Source: an uncultured Frankiales bacterium
GTDB lineage: Bacteria; Actinomycetota; Actinomycetes; Mycobacteriales; SCTD01
Direction of reading: 5' to 3'
Assembly (NCBI GenBank): GCA_966212015.1
Contig: CBIHPE010000001.1
Coordinates: 1-57,194, forward strand
Length of the DNA stretch: 57,194 bases
The notes beneath the pieces are model-generated. The model did no database searches. It had not been told where the DNA came from and worked only from the letters and a program-made list of their open reading frames with translations. Position numbers and translations under genes: made by a program. The stretch's first letter is position 1. Each line of letters begins with the position of its first letter. Positions 35,185 to 44,200 of this stretch are shown one piece after another.

Positions 35185-37102
35185 GGCTCGCCTCCTCGTA
35201 GGAAGGGGTGGCGGGAGGAGTGGAGTGCCGGCCCAGCTGCGACCGGATCTTCAACCCCAGCTTCGACATCTGACCCCCGAGCCCGTCCGGGTCGCGGCCG
35301 ATGACGACGGCCGAGATGCCGGTGAGCAGGAAGGTGAGCTGCACCTTGTCCGGCAGGGTGACGTGGAAGTGCCCCAGGATCTGCGGCATCTCCGGGAACA
35401 GGCCGATCGTGAACGCACCGAAGATCGCGCCGGTGATGGTGTTGATGCCACCGATGCGCAGCGCGAGCAGCAGCGCGAGGGAGCCGAGGACGTCGAACTG
35501 AGACGGCGTGATGATCTCCTGCTGCGCGCCGAACAACGCGCCGGCGACCCCGGCGATGCCGGCGGCCGCCGTGAACACCACGACCTTGGTGATGGTCGTG
35601 TTGACGCCCAAGGTGGCGCAGGCCGCGGGGGAGTCGTTGAGAGCAGTGAGCTGCCGTCCCCACCGGCCTCGGCGCACGGCGAGGACGCCGATGGCTGCCG
35701 CGGTGAAGACGATGACGGTGAGGAGGAAGAAGGTCTTCTCCGAGTGCGTGTCGACCAGCGGCAGCTCGAAGCGCTTCAGCTGGAGCGAACCCCCGGTGCC
35801 GAGGTGGAAGTTGAAGAACCCGACGTCCATGCCCTTGGCGAAGGCGAACGTCGCGAGGGCGAGGTAGAGGCCCCGCAGGCGCGCCGTCACCAAAGCGACC
35901 AGCATGCCCGCACCGGCGGCGAGCAGGCCGCCCCAGAGCAGGCCGAGCGGTGACGTGCCCGAGTGCGCCATGGCGAAGGCGCCGAGCCCGAAGAAGGTCA
36001 GGACGCAGAGAGAGGTCTGACCGCTGTATCCGGTGAGGAGGACGAGCGAGAGCAGCGCCAGCGCGGAGATGAACATGCCACCCGCGATGAGCAGGTTGGC
36101 TGAGGACAACCACGACGCGAGGACGATGCCGACGACCAGCATCAGAGCGCCACCCCCGAGCGACTGCCGGAGCCCGGGCACGGTCGGCGCGATCCGGCCG
36201 ACCGTCGTGGCGGTGCGCAAGCGGGCGCTCGGCAGGAACAGCAGCAGGACGCCGAGGAAGATCATCGGCACGGCCTTCTCGAGCTCGCCGAACGTGGTGC
36301 TGAACGGCAGGTGCGGCGCGAAGTAGACCGGGTAGTAGCTGACCAGCAGGCCGAGGGCGAGGCCCCCGACGGCTGTGCGCGGCAGGCTCTTCAGACGCCC
36401 GAACAGTGCCGCGGCGTAGCCGTTGATGACGAGCAGCGTGAGCTGCAGCGCACTCATGCCGACCTTCGGCGCGACCAGGATCCCGGCCAGGGCCGCCAGC
36501 CCTGATCCGATCGCCCACGACAGCTGCTGGATGCGCGCGGGGGAGGCTCCGGACATGGCGCACAGGTCGGGGTCGTCGACGACACCGCGCATGGCGATGC
36601 CGATCCGAGTCGTCGAGAACAGGAAGCGCAGGCCGATCGCGACGCCGATGGCGGCCAGCACGATGATGATCTGTCCCCACGTGACGATCACGCCGCCGAT
36701 GTCGACGGGCTTCCACGAGGCCAGCAGCTCCGGGAGCACGCGGGACTGACCCTGGTCCCAGAGGTAGTTGGCCACGCCGAGGAAGAACAGCAGCAGGCCG
36801 AGGGTGATGACCAGGGTGACGTCGACGGAGGCCCCGTGCAGCGGTCTCATGACGATCCGCTCGATGGCGGCGCCGAACAGGGGGGCCAGGACGAGCAGCA
36901 CGACTGGCAACGCCAGGAGCACCGGCCAGCCCCACTTCACCGTGAGCTGCCAGTAGGTGAACGCGCCGAGCATGCCGACGGCTCCGTGGGCGAAGTTGAA
37001 GATGCCAGAGGTCGTGTAGGTCACGACGAGACCGGTCGCCGTCAAGGCGTAGACGCACCCGACGACCAGTCCGACCACTGTCAGCTGCAGGAGCTGGTCC
37101 AT
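35171..37102 (-). CDS. Fused HAAT-family ABC permease (LivH-LivM)
   Basis: 643 aa, polytopic. The N-terminal half is LivH-like (MDQLLQLTVVGLVVGCVYAL...) and the C-terminal half is LivM-like. Confidence 0.9.
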   Translation of the reverse strand: MDQLLQLTVVGLVVGCVYALTATGLVVTYTTSGIFNFAHGAVGMLGAFTYWQLTVKWGWPVLLALPVVLLVLAPLFGAAIERIVMRPLHGASVDVTLVITLGLLLFFLGVANYLWDQGQSRVLPELLASWKPVDIGGVIVTWGQIIIVLAAIGVAIGLRFLFSTTRIGIAMRGVVDDPDLCAMSGASPARIQQLSWAIGSGLAALAGILVAPKVGMSALQLTLLVINGYAAALFGRLKSLPRTAVGGLALGLLVSYYPVYFAPHLPFSTTFGELEKAVPMIFLGVLLLFLPSARLRTATTVGRIAPTVPGLRQSLGGGALMLVVGIVLASWLSSANLLIAGGMFISALALLSLVLLTGYSGQTSLCVLTFFGLGAFAMAHSGTSPLGLLWGGLLAAGAGMLVALVTARLRGLYLALATFAFAKGMDVGFFNFHLGTGGSLQLKRFELPLVDTHSEKTFFLLTVIVFTAAAIGVLAVRRGRWGRQLTALNDSPAACATLGVNTTITKVVVFTAAAGIAGVAGALFGAQQEIITPSQFDVLGSLALLLALRIGGINTITGAIFGAFTIGLFPEMPQILGHFHVTLPDKVQLTFLLTGISAVVIGRDPDGLGGQMSKLGLKIRSQLGRHSTPPATPSYEEASLVHG

Positions 37103-37105
37103 CGA

Positions 37106-38686
37106 TCAGCCCTTGGGCGGGAAGTAGGAGGCCCCGGTGCAGTAGAACCCGGTGCCGGGCGACGGCGGGACGCGCACGAACTTGCCTCCCTGGACCTTGG
37201 TCAGGATCCAGCAGACCGCGGGCTTCTTGGCAGCCGGGTTGGCGGTGGCGAACATGCCGCCGGCGTCGTAGCTCGTGTAGGTCTTCAGCGCGTTGAACAA
37301 GGACGCCCGGGTCGCCTTCGGGCCCGCCTTCTTGAGCGCGTCGACGAACAGCATCGCCGAGGTCCAGCCGTAAGCAGCGAAGATGTCCTCGGGCTGGTTG
37401 CTGTCGGTGAGCTTCATCCACTTCTGGAACGCCGCGACCGTGGGGATCTTGGCGGCCTCGTCGGTGTTGAAGAACATCGCGAACTGCTGGTCGTTGTAGA
37501 CGCCCTCCGCGTTGCTGCCGGCCTGGCTGAGAAAGGCCTGGGCGTAGGCGGTGGCGCCGAAGATGATCGGCCAGGTGTAGCGCTGCTGCTTGACCGCGTT
37601 GACGAAGCGGGCGGTGGTCGCGCCGTCCGTGGTGTTGATGTAGATCAGCTTCACCCCCGCGCTGTTCATGCGGATGACCGCGGCGGTGAAGTCGGTGTCG
37701 GTGGCGCCGTACGACTCGTCGTGGACGACCTTGCCGCCCGAGTGGGCGATGGCCTTCTTGGTGTTGGCCCAGACGTTCGGACCCGTGCCGACGCCGGCGT
37801 AGATCGCGCCGATGTGCTGCCACGCAGAGCCGTAGGTCTTGTTGTAGTAGTCGAGCGGGCCCGTCCGCCAGCCGTCGCCGAGGGGTGCCGTGCTGTAGGT
37901 GCTCTTGAGGTTGGCGGTGTTCGGTCCCAGCGCGTTGGAGACGTTCGGGACGTCGAGGTGCTGGGCGAGGACCTGAGCGCCGCAGTCGTCGTTGAGCGAG
38001 AAGCTGCCGACGAACGCGAACACCTTGTCGACGCGTGCCTGCGTCGCGGACTTGTTGGCCGGGCAGGTGAGCTGGCTGTCCCCGAAGTCGATGTTGAGCT
38101 TGCGCCCGTAGACCCCGCCGGTGCTGTTGACCATGTTGAAGTAGGCCTGGGTGCCGGTGAACGCTCCCTTGAAGAGGCCTGGGACCGGCCCGGAGGCGTC
38201 TGCGACGTTGCCGACCGTGATGGACGTCGCCGTCACGCCCTTGTCCGTGGCCCCGCCGTTGCCGCCGGGAGGAGCGGGTGCGCCGGTGGTGCTGCCGCTG
38301 GTGGTGCCTGCGCCGGAGCCCGCGGTCGTGCCGCTGCCCGAGCCCGACGTGCTGCCGCTCCCGGAGCCTGAGGTCGTGCCGCTGCCCGAGCCCGACGTCG
38401 TACCGCTGCCGGTCGTCGCGATGCCCGTGGTGCCGCTGCCGGTGCCGCTGCCGTCGGTGCCGGACCCGGTGCCGCTGCCCGAGGAGGAGCCGCCGCCTCG
38501 GCCGAGCGCCTGGTCGGCGGCCTGCTGCCTCAGCGAGCTGTCGACCCGGGCGCCGCAGGCAGTGAGCGTGAGCGCCAGTCCTGCAAGAGCAAGGAGGGCT
38601 GGGGACCTTCTGGGCACGTCGTGTTTCCTTCCCGTTCCTGCTGAGGATGCACCGTGGCGCAGTCGCTGTCTGCGGTTCGTGATCAT
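37106..38686 (-). CDS. LivJ-like solute-binding lipoprotein with a long Gly/Ser/Thr linker
   Basis: Lipobox LALTLTACG. ~75-aa GSGT-rich linker, then a PBP1 domain (GVTATSITVGNVAD...). ATG 38686 overlaps the TetR stop (ATGA). GTG 38616, preceded by GGAAGGAAA, is a plausible alternative start. Confidence 0.85.
   Translation of the reverse strand: MITNRRQRLRHGASSAGTGRKHDVPRRSPALLALAGLALTLTACGARVDSSLRQQAADQALGRGGGSSSGSGTGSGTDGSGTGSGTTGIATTGSGTTSGSGSGTTSGSGSGSTSGSGSGTTAGSGAGTTSGSTTGAPAPPGGNGGATDKGVTATSITVGNVADASGPVPGLFKGAFTGTQAYFNMVNSTGGVYGRKLNIDFGDSQLTCPANKSATQARVDKVFAFVGSFSLNDDCGAQVLAQHLDVPNVSNALGPNTANLKSTYSTAPLGDGWRTGPLDYYNKTYGSAWQHIGAIYAGVGTGPNVWANTKKAIAHSGGKVVHDESYGATDTDFTAAVIRMNSAGVKLIYINTTDGATTARFVNAVKQQRYTWPIIFGATAYAQAFLSQAGSNAEGVYNDQQFAMFFNTDEAAKIPTVAAFQKWMKLTDSNQPEDIFAAYGWTSAMLFVDALKKAGPKATRASLFNALKTYTSYDAGGMFATANPAAKKPAVCWILTKVQGGKFVRVPPSPGTGFYCTGASYFPPKG
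38324..38398 (-). repeat. 48-bp-period coding repeat inside the Gly/Ser/Thr linker
   Basis: GGTCGTGCCGCTGCCCGAGCCCGACGT occurs exactly at 38324-38350 and 38372-38398 (plus-strand reading). It encodes the reiterated GSGSGTTSGSGSG segments. Confidence 0.85.
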
Positions 38687-39306
38687 GGCGTGACGCCTGG
38701 GACGAGGGAGACCGTGCGGAGCGCGCCGGCGAGGAGCTCGGCCAGGTCCTTGGTCGCGCCGCTGGCCAGCCAGGTGTCGAGGCTGATGCGCACGGCGGAC
38801 ATGGTGAGCGCCCCGACCATGCGGGGCCGGGCGTCGTCGGGGGTCAGGTCAGCGAAGCGGTGAGCGACCGCGTCGGCAATGGCTATCTCGAACCGGACGT
38901 AGAGGGCCAGCGTCCACGCCGTGAGCGTCGGAGAGCTCTGCAGCAGCTGCACCTGCTGCAGCACCAGGTTGCGGACCTCGGGGGTGAAGCCGCCCGCGAA
39001 GCCGGTGAACGTCTCGATGACCGCTTCGAGCGCACCGAGCTCGGCCGGCTGGACCTCGAGGTTGTCGAGGATCAGCGACAGCCAGGGGATGCTGAACCCC
39101 TCGGCGACCGCCGTCTCCTTGGCGTCGAAGTAGCGGAAGAAGGTCGCGCGGCCCACCTCGGCAGCGGCGGCGATCTCGTCGATCGTCGTGTTGTCGAGGC
39201 CCTTCAGCCGGGTCAGCCGGGCTGCCTCGTCAGCGATCCGCTGGTGCGTCGCCCGCCGCTTGCGCTCGCGCAGCCCGAGCTCCGGGGCAACGGTGATCTG
39301 CGACAC
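38683..39306 (-). CDS. TetR-family transcriptional regulator
   Basis: 207 aa. HTH TTIDEIAAAAEVGRATFFRYF. Confidence 0.9.
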   Translation of the reverse strand: MSQITVAPELGLRERKRRATHQRIADEAARLTRLKGLDNTTIDEIAAAAEVGRATFFRYFDAKETAVAEGFSIPWLSLILDNLEVQPAELGALEAVIETFTGFAGGFTPEVRNLVLQQVQLLQSSPTLTAWTLALYVRFEIAIADAVAHRFADLTPDDARPRMVGALTMSAVRISLDTWLASGATKDLAELLAGALRTVSLVPGVTP

Positions 39307-39360
39307 AGTCGCAAGTTAGACGAAGTCTCACGAGTTGCACAAGAGGCACAGATGGGACTC

Positions 39361-40458
39361 TCACGTGCGCCAGCGGTACGCCGCGAGGGCCGTGAGCTGC
39401 TGCGGCCCGGCCTCCTCGACGGTCCAGAGCGAGGCGCCGACGGCACCACCACGACGGGCAGCGTCGAGGAAGCGCAGCGTCTCGCGCGCCGACGGGGTGC
39501 CCCGCCGGCCGCCTTCGCTGCCCATGTCGTACCCCTGTCCCACGGGAGCGACGGGGAGGAGCCTGCCGAGGGTCCGCAGCGACTGCTGGACGAGGCTGCC
39601 CGGCTCCTTGCAGGACCAGTAGACCATCGGCGCGAACACGTCGGCGTACGGCTGGAAGAGCGCGTAGGGGTAGGACTTCCTGGCGCTGGAGGGACGCGGC
39701 ACGGTGGCGATCACGGGCCGCTCCCCGGCGTACCGCCGGACCAGCGAGAGGTAGAGCCTCAGCCGCCGCGCCGTCACGTGCGTGCCTTCGGCCGACGTCT
39801 CCACGTCGGGGGAGAAGGCGTCGATGCCGGTGGCGAGCGCCTGCCGCGCGCGGGTCGCGTCGGCGACCGGGTCGGACAGGAACGGGAAGTCCCACGCGAT
39901 GACGCGGAGGCCTGCGGCGTGCGCCTTCGGCACCAGCGATCCGAGGAACTGGTCGCCGTAGTAGCCCTGCCGGGTGCCGCCGGTGCGCACCCAGATGCTC
40001 CGCACGCCGGTCCGCCGCGCCTGCGCGATCAGCGCGTCGACGCCGAGTGGCTCTTTCCCGAACGGCGTCGCCCAGAGCCCCTTTCCGCGCACCGCGTCCA
40101 GCCCGGATGCCTTGCGCAGCACGGGAAGTGCGGCTGGCAGCGCGGCCTCAGCGACCTTCGGCGGAGTCAGCGGGCGGGGGCCACCGCCGCCGTGGGACGG
40201 CTTGACCGGGCAGCCCGTGAGCGGGGGAGACGCAGGGACGGGGACGTCGACGGGCTTCGCCTTCGGCGTGGCCTTCGGCTTCGCGTGGGTCGGCGCCGGC
40301 TTCGGCGCGACGGGCGCGGGCGTCTCCTGCCGGGTGACGACCACCGGCTCTCGAACGGCCGCCGGCTTCGCGTCGCTGTGCGTCCCGGCAGCGACCGTCG
40401 CGGTCAGCAGCGTCCCGATCGCGAGCAGCCCGACTGCGCGCTCTGCTGCCGTCACCAC
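39361..40458 (-). CDS. Secreted hypothetical protein, possibly a glycoside-hydrolase-like TIM barrel
   Basis: 365 aa. N-terminal hydrophobic signal or anchor. Pro/Lys/Ala-rich linker. Alpha/beta-looking C-terminal domain (IWVRTGG, RVIAWDFPF). The function is a guess. Confidence 0.6.
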   Translation of the reverse strand: MVTAAERAVGLLAIGTLLTATVAAGTHSDAKPAAVREPVVVTRQETPAPVAPKPAPTHAKPKATPKAKPVDVPVPASPPLTGCPVKPSHGGGGPRPLTPPKVAEAALPAALPVLRKASGLDAVRGKGLWATPFGKEPLGVDALIAQARRTGVRSIWVRTGGTRQGYYGDQFLGSLVPKAHAAGLRVIAWDFPFLSDPVADATRARQALATGIDAFSPDVETSAEGTHVTARRLRLYLSLVRRYAGERPVIATVPRPSSARKSYPYALFQPYADVFAPMVYWSCKEPGSLVQQSLRTLGRLLPVAPVGQGYDMGSEGGRRGTPSARETLRFLDAARRGGAVGASLWTVEEAGPQQLTALAAYRWRT

Positions 40459-40485
40459 CGCTTCAGGGTAAGTGCCCGAAACGGG

Positions 40486-41109
40486 TCAGGAGACCAGCTT
40501 GAGGGCGTTCGCGACGTACTTCTCGAGGATCTGCTCGCGGGTGCGGGGCGAGTCGGGGGTCCACCACTCGGGCAGCCGCACGCCCATGGCGCCGATCGCC
40601 TTGGCGTCCAGGTAGGGGTCGGTGCTGTGGAAGACACCCATCCGGACGCCTCGCTCGATGACGTCGATGCTGATCTGCTCGGACTGCGTCCGGATCGCGA
40701 CGACGTCGGCGTACTGCTCAGGGGTGAGGGCACGCAGCTCGCGGTTGGTGAGCCGAGCCATCGACGGGAAGTCGAGGTGCACGCGGACGTGGGCCGACAC
40801 CGTGGCGCGGAGCTGGTCGACGGGGTCGGACCCCGCGTCCATCAGCGCGTCGCGCAGCGACTCGAAGTGGGACCGGTGACCGATCAGCGCGAGGTCGAAC
40901 AGCAGGTCCTGCTTGCTCGCGACGTGGAAGTAGATGGCGCTGGGCTGCTGGCCCAGGGCGTTCGCGATGTCGCGGATGGAGACGGCGTGGAAGCCCTCCT
41001 GCCCGAACAGCTCGAGGGCCACCTCGTAGAGCTTGCGCTTCGCGGGCGACATCTCGAGGCCGGGCGGGAGCAGGCCCTCGGTCGCGAGAACCTCAGCAGT
41101 CATGGCCAC
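40486..41109 (-). CDS. TetR-family transcriptional regulator (divergent from the fused ABC operon)
   Basis: 207 aa. HTH VSIRDIANALGQQPSAIYFHV. ATG 41103 is an alternative start. Confidence 0.9.
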   Translation of the reverse strand: MAMTAEVLATEGLLPPGLEMSPAKRKLYEVALELFGQEGFHAVSIRDIANALGQQPSAIYFHVASKQDLLFDLALIGHRSHFESLRDALMDAGSDPVDQLRATVSAHVRVHLDFPSMARLTNRELRALTPEQYADVVAIRTQSEQISIDVIERGVRMGVFHSTDPYLDAKAIGAMGVRLPEWWTPDSPRTREQILEKYVANALKLVS

Positions 41110-41114
41110 AGCCT

Positions 41115-41124
41115 AACGATCGTT
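41115..41124. promoter_or_regulatory. Palindrome AACGATCGTT; related AACGAT-TGATCA at 41225-41236
   Basis: Perfect 10-bp palindrome 6 nt upstream of the TetR start. A second AACGAT lies next to palindromic TGATCA just before the ABC start. TTGACA at 41180-41185 is a possible -35. Confidence 0.3.
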
Positions 41125-41240
41125 CGGTCAGCAAGCGAGACCTTTTCAAGGCTCGTGTGAGCGAAATCTCCCACAGGTGTTGACAGCGACGCAACACAAG
41201 GAGCAATCTTCGGCTCCCCAGCAGAACGATTGATCAGTAG

Positions 41241-44200
41241 GTGAGGCTGCGCATGCCGTATCGCCGGCTCGTGAGCCGTCCGGAGCTGCTGCTCCTGGTC
41301 GCGCTCGTCGTCGGCTGCTCCTTCCTCTCGGAGGGGCTCCCGCTCGGCATCGCCGGGCTGGGGGTCGTCACCGGCTGCATCGTCGGGCTGCACGCCATGG
41401 GCATCGTGCTCGTCTACTCGCGGACCCGGATCCTGTCCTTCGCGCAGTTCGGGCTCGGCGCGTTCGCCTCCACGCTGTTCTTCGCCTGCATCTTCTACAA
41501 CCAGTGGGCGGTCCTCGGCGACGGCGTCTGCAAGTGCCTGGCCCCGGACGGCGCCAACCTGTACCAGCTGCAGCACCACCCGACTGCCTACCGCGCGTAC
41601 CTCGCGCACGAGCACCCGTGGGCGCTGGTGCTCAACATCGTCATCACCGTCGTGCTCGCCGTCCTGTTCGCGCTGGACGCGGGCAAGACGGTCTACAACA
41701 AACACACGACGTTCTTCTACCGCGCCCCCGCGATCGGCCCGACGATCGCGACGCTGGCGTTCGCGGGGATCCTGAGCGGGGCTGCCGGGGCGCTGACCCT
41801 GCGCACGAAGCAGACCTTCGGCCACTACATCTGGCAGTGGTGGCCCTGGGGACCGGTGCCCGGCACGGGCATCCACGGGAAGCCGGCGGTCCCGGAGGGC
41901 ATCTTCGAGATGCCCCACCAGAAGGACCTCGGCTTCTCCCTGAGCGGCGGCGCGACGTTCCACCTGTACGACGTCCTGGCGGTGCTCACGGCGCTGCTCG
42001 CGCTCGGGTTCGTCACGCTCCGCTTCCGGGTGGGGCGCCGTGGCCTGCTGAGCCGGGCTGCCGCCGCCAACCTCGAGCGGTCGGCGACGCTCGGCGTCGA
42101 CGTCGTGAAGGAGAGCCGGGGCCCGTGGCGGGTCGCCGGTGCCCTGGCCGGCCTGTCCGGCGTGCTGGCGATCGCGACCGGTGGCGGCCAGCCCGTGACC
42201 GGGCTCGACGTGAGCGTCCTGACGAGCGTGCTCGCGGCCGTCGTCCTGGCCCGGCTGACCAGCCCGGGCTGGGCGCTGCTCGCCTCGGTGCTGCTGGGGG
42301 TCCTCGACCAGGGCATGTACTGGAACCTGCGGTCCCACACCCAGTACCAGGGGGCGCTGTTCGTCATCATCGGCGCGGCCCTGCTCATCCAGCGCGGGCG
42401 CAAGAACCGCGCCGAGCGCGACAGCGAGTCGGTCTTCACGTCCGCGACCGAGCCGCGCCGGGTGCCCCTGCAGCTGCGCAACGCGCCCGGCGTGAACGGC
42501 TTCCTGCGGGCCAACGCGCTGCTCGCGGGCGCGATCCTGATCAGCTACCCGCTCTTCACGACGCCCGGCCAGCTGAGCCAGGGCCTCGTCATCGTCGCCA
42601 ACATGGTGCTCGGCCTGTCGATCCTGGTGCTCTCTGGCTGGGGCGGGCTGGTCAGCCTCGGACAGCTGTCCGTGGCGGCCGTGTCGGCGTACGCCGTGGC
42701 GATCGCCGGCGCGACCTGGCACCTGCCCATGCCGCTGGCTCTCCTGCTCGGCGCCTTCGCGGCCGCGCTGGTCTCACCGGTGGTCGGCTTCCCGGCACTG
42801 CGGCTGCCCGGCCCGTTCGTCGCCATCATGACGCTGGCCTTCGCGCTCGCGATCCCGGCGGTGCTGCTCAACCCGGACCTGCTGGGCGACGCGCTCCCCG
42901 GCAACCTGCCGCGGCCCGTGCTCCTCGGCCTCGACTTCGACAGCGACCGCTACTTCTACTGGTTCTCGCTCCTGGTGCTCGCCGGCGTGCTCGCGCTCGT
43001 GACCGGCCTCCGCCGGTCCCGACTGCGCCGGGCGCTGATCGCGGCCCGCGACAACCAGCTCGCGACGGAGGCCTTCGGCGTCGACGTCACGCGGCTGCGG
43101 CTCGAGGCCTTCGCCGTGTCAGGCTTCATCGCCGGCCTGGGCGGCGGACTCCTGGCGTACGCCAACAGCGGGGTCCAGGGCGACGCCTTCGCGGCACCCA
43201 GCAGCATCCTGATCTTCCTGCTGGTCGTCATCGGCGGGCTGTCCGCCGTCTCTGGCCCGGTGCTCGGGGCCGGCACCTTCGGGCTCGTGTCGCTGCTCGG
43301 TCCGACCTGGGCCGGCACCTACATCGGCCTCGGCACGCTCTTCATCTTGGCGGCCCGGCCGAACGGCCTCGCGGGCCTCGTGACCAGCCTCCGCGACGCG
43401 GCGATCCGCGTGATCATGCACCTGCAGGGCAACGACCTCATCCGCTTCGGCGGCGCCCGGGTCGCCATCGCCGACCGCGGTGCACAGGCGCCGGTCGTGC
43501 CCGTGACCTACCGCCTGGTCGGCGACGGGTTCGGTCCGGTCGAGGGCACCCGGCTGCGGCCCGTCGAGGGCGTTGCCGCCGTGGAGCAGGTGGTCGAGCC
43601 CGAGCTGGTCGACGAGGTCGAGCAGGCGCTCTCCCGACTGGCCTGCCACCGGCTCGACGTCAGCTACGGCGGCGCGAGCGCCGTCACGGGCGTCTCGCTG
43701 TCGGTGGCTCCGGGCGAGATCCTCGCGATCGTCGGCCTCAACGGCGCCGGCAAGACGTCGCTGCTGCGGGCGCTCGCGGGTCTCGAGCCGGCGGCCCACG
43801 GCACCGTGGAGATCAACGGCACCGACGTCACCCTGATGCTCCCGCAGGACCGGGCCGGACTGGGCCTGGGCTACGTGCCGGGTGGGGCCGCGGTGCTCCC
43901 GACGCTGACGGTCCGGGAGAACCTCGTCGTCGCAGGCGGCGACGACGACTCGATCGAGGAGATGGTCACCCGCTACCCGGCCCTGGGTCAGCGGCTCGAG
44001 ACCATGGCCGGCAACCTGTCCGGCGGCGAGCAGCAGGTGCTCGCGCTCGCGCAGGGCGTCCTGCGCCGGCCGTCTGCTCTGCTCGTCGACGAGCTGTCAC
44101 TCGGCCTGTCGCCGGAGGCGCTGTCGGCGACGCTCGACCTGATCGTGCAGCTGGCCGACGAGGGCACAGCGATCGTGCTGGTGGAGCAGTCGATCAGCAC

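Noticed and set aside
35061-37823. 920-aa minus-strand ORF across the permease and SBP genes
   Set aside because: Alternative frame of the same strand. Extremely Arg/Pro/His-rich. The in-frame LivHM and SBP ORFs carry the real motifs.
38270-38500. Possible CRISPR or minisatellite (also considered for 57071-57194)
   Set aside because: The repeats are in frame within coding sequence, have no unique spacers of CRISPR type, and encode low-complexity peptide repeats.
38860-41160. 766-aa plus-strand ORF spanning two TetR genes and the secreted protein gene
   Set aside because: Antisense to three ORFs with clear HTH or signal features. Low-complexity translation.
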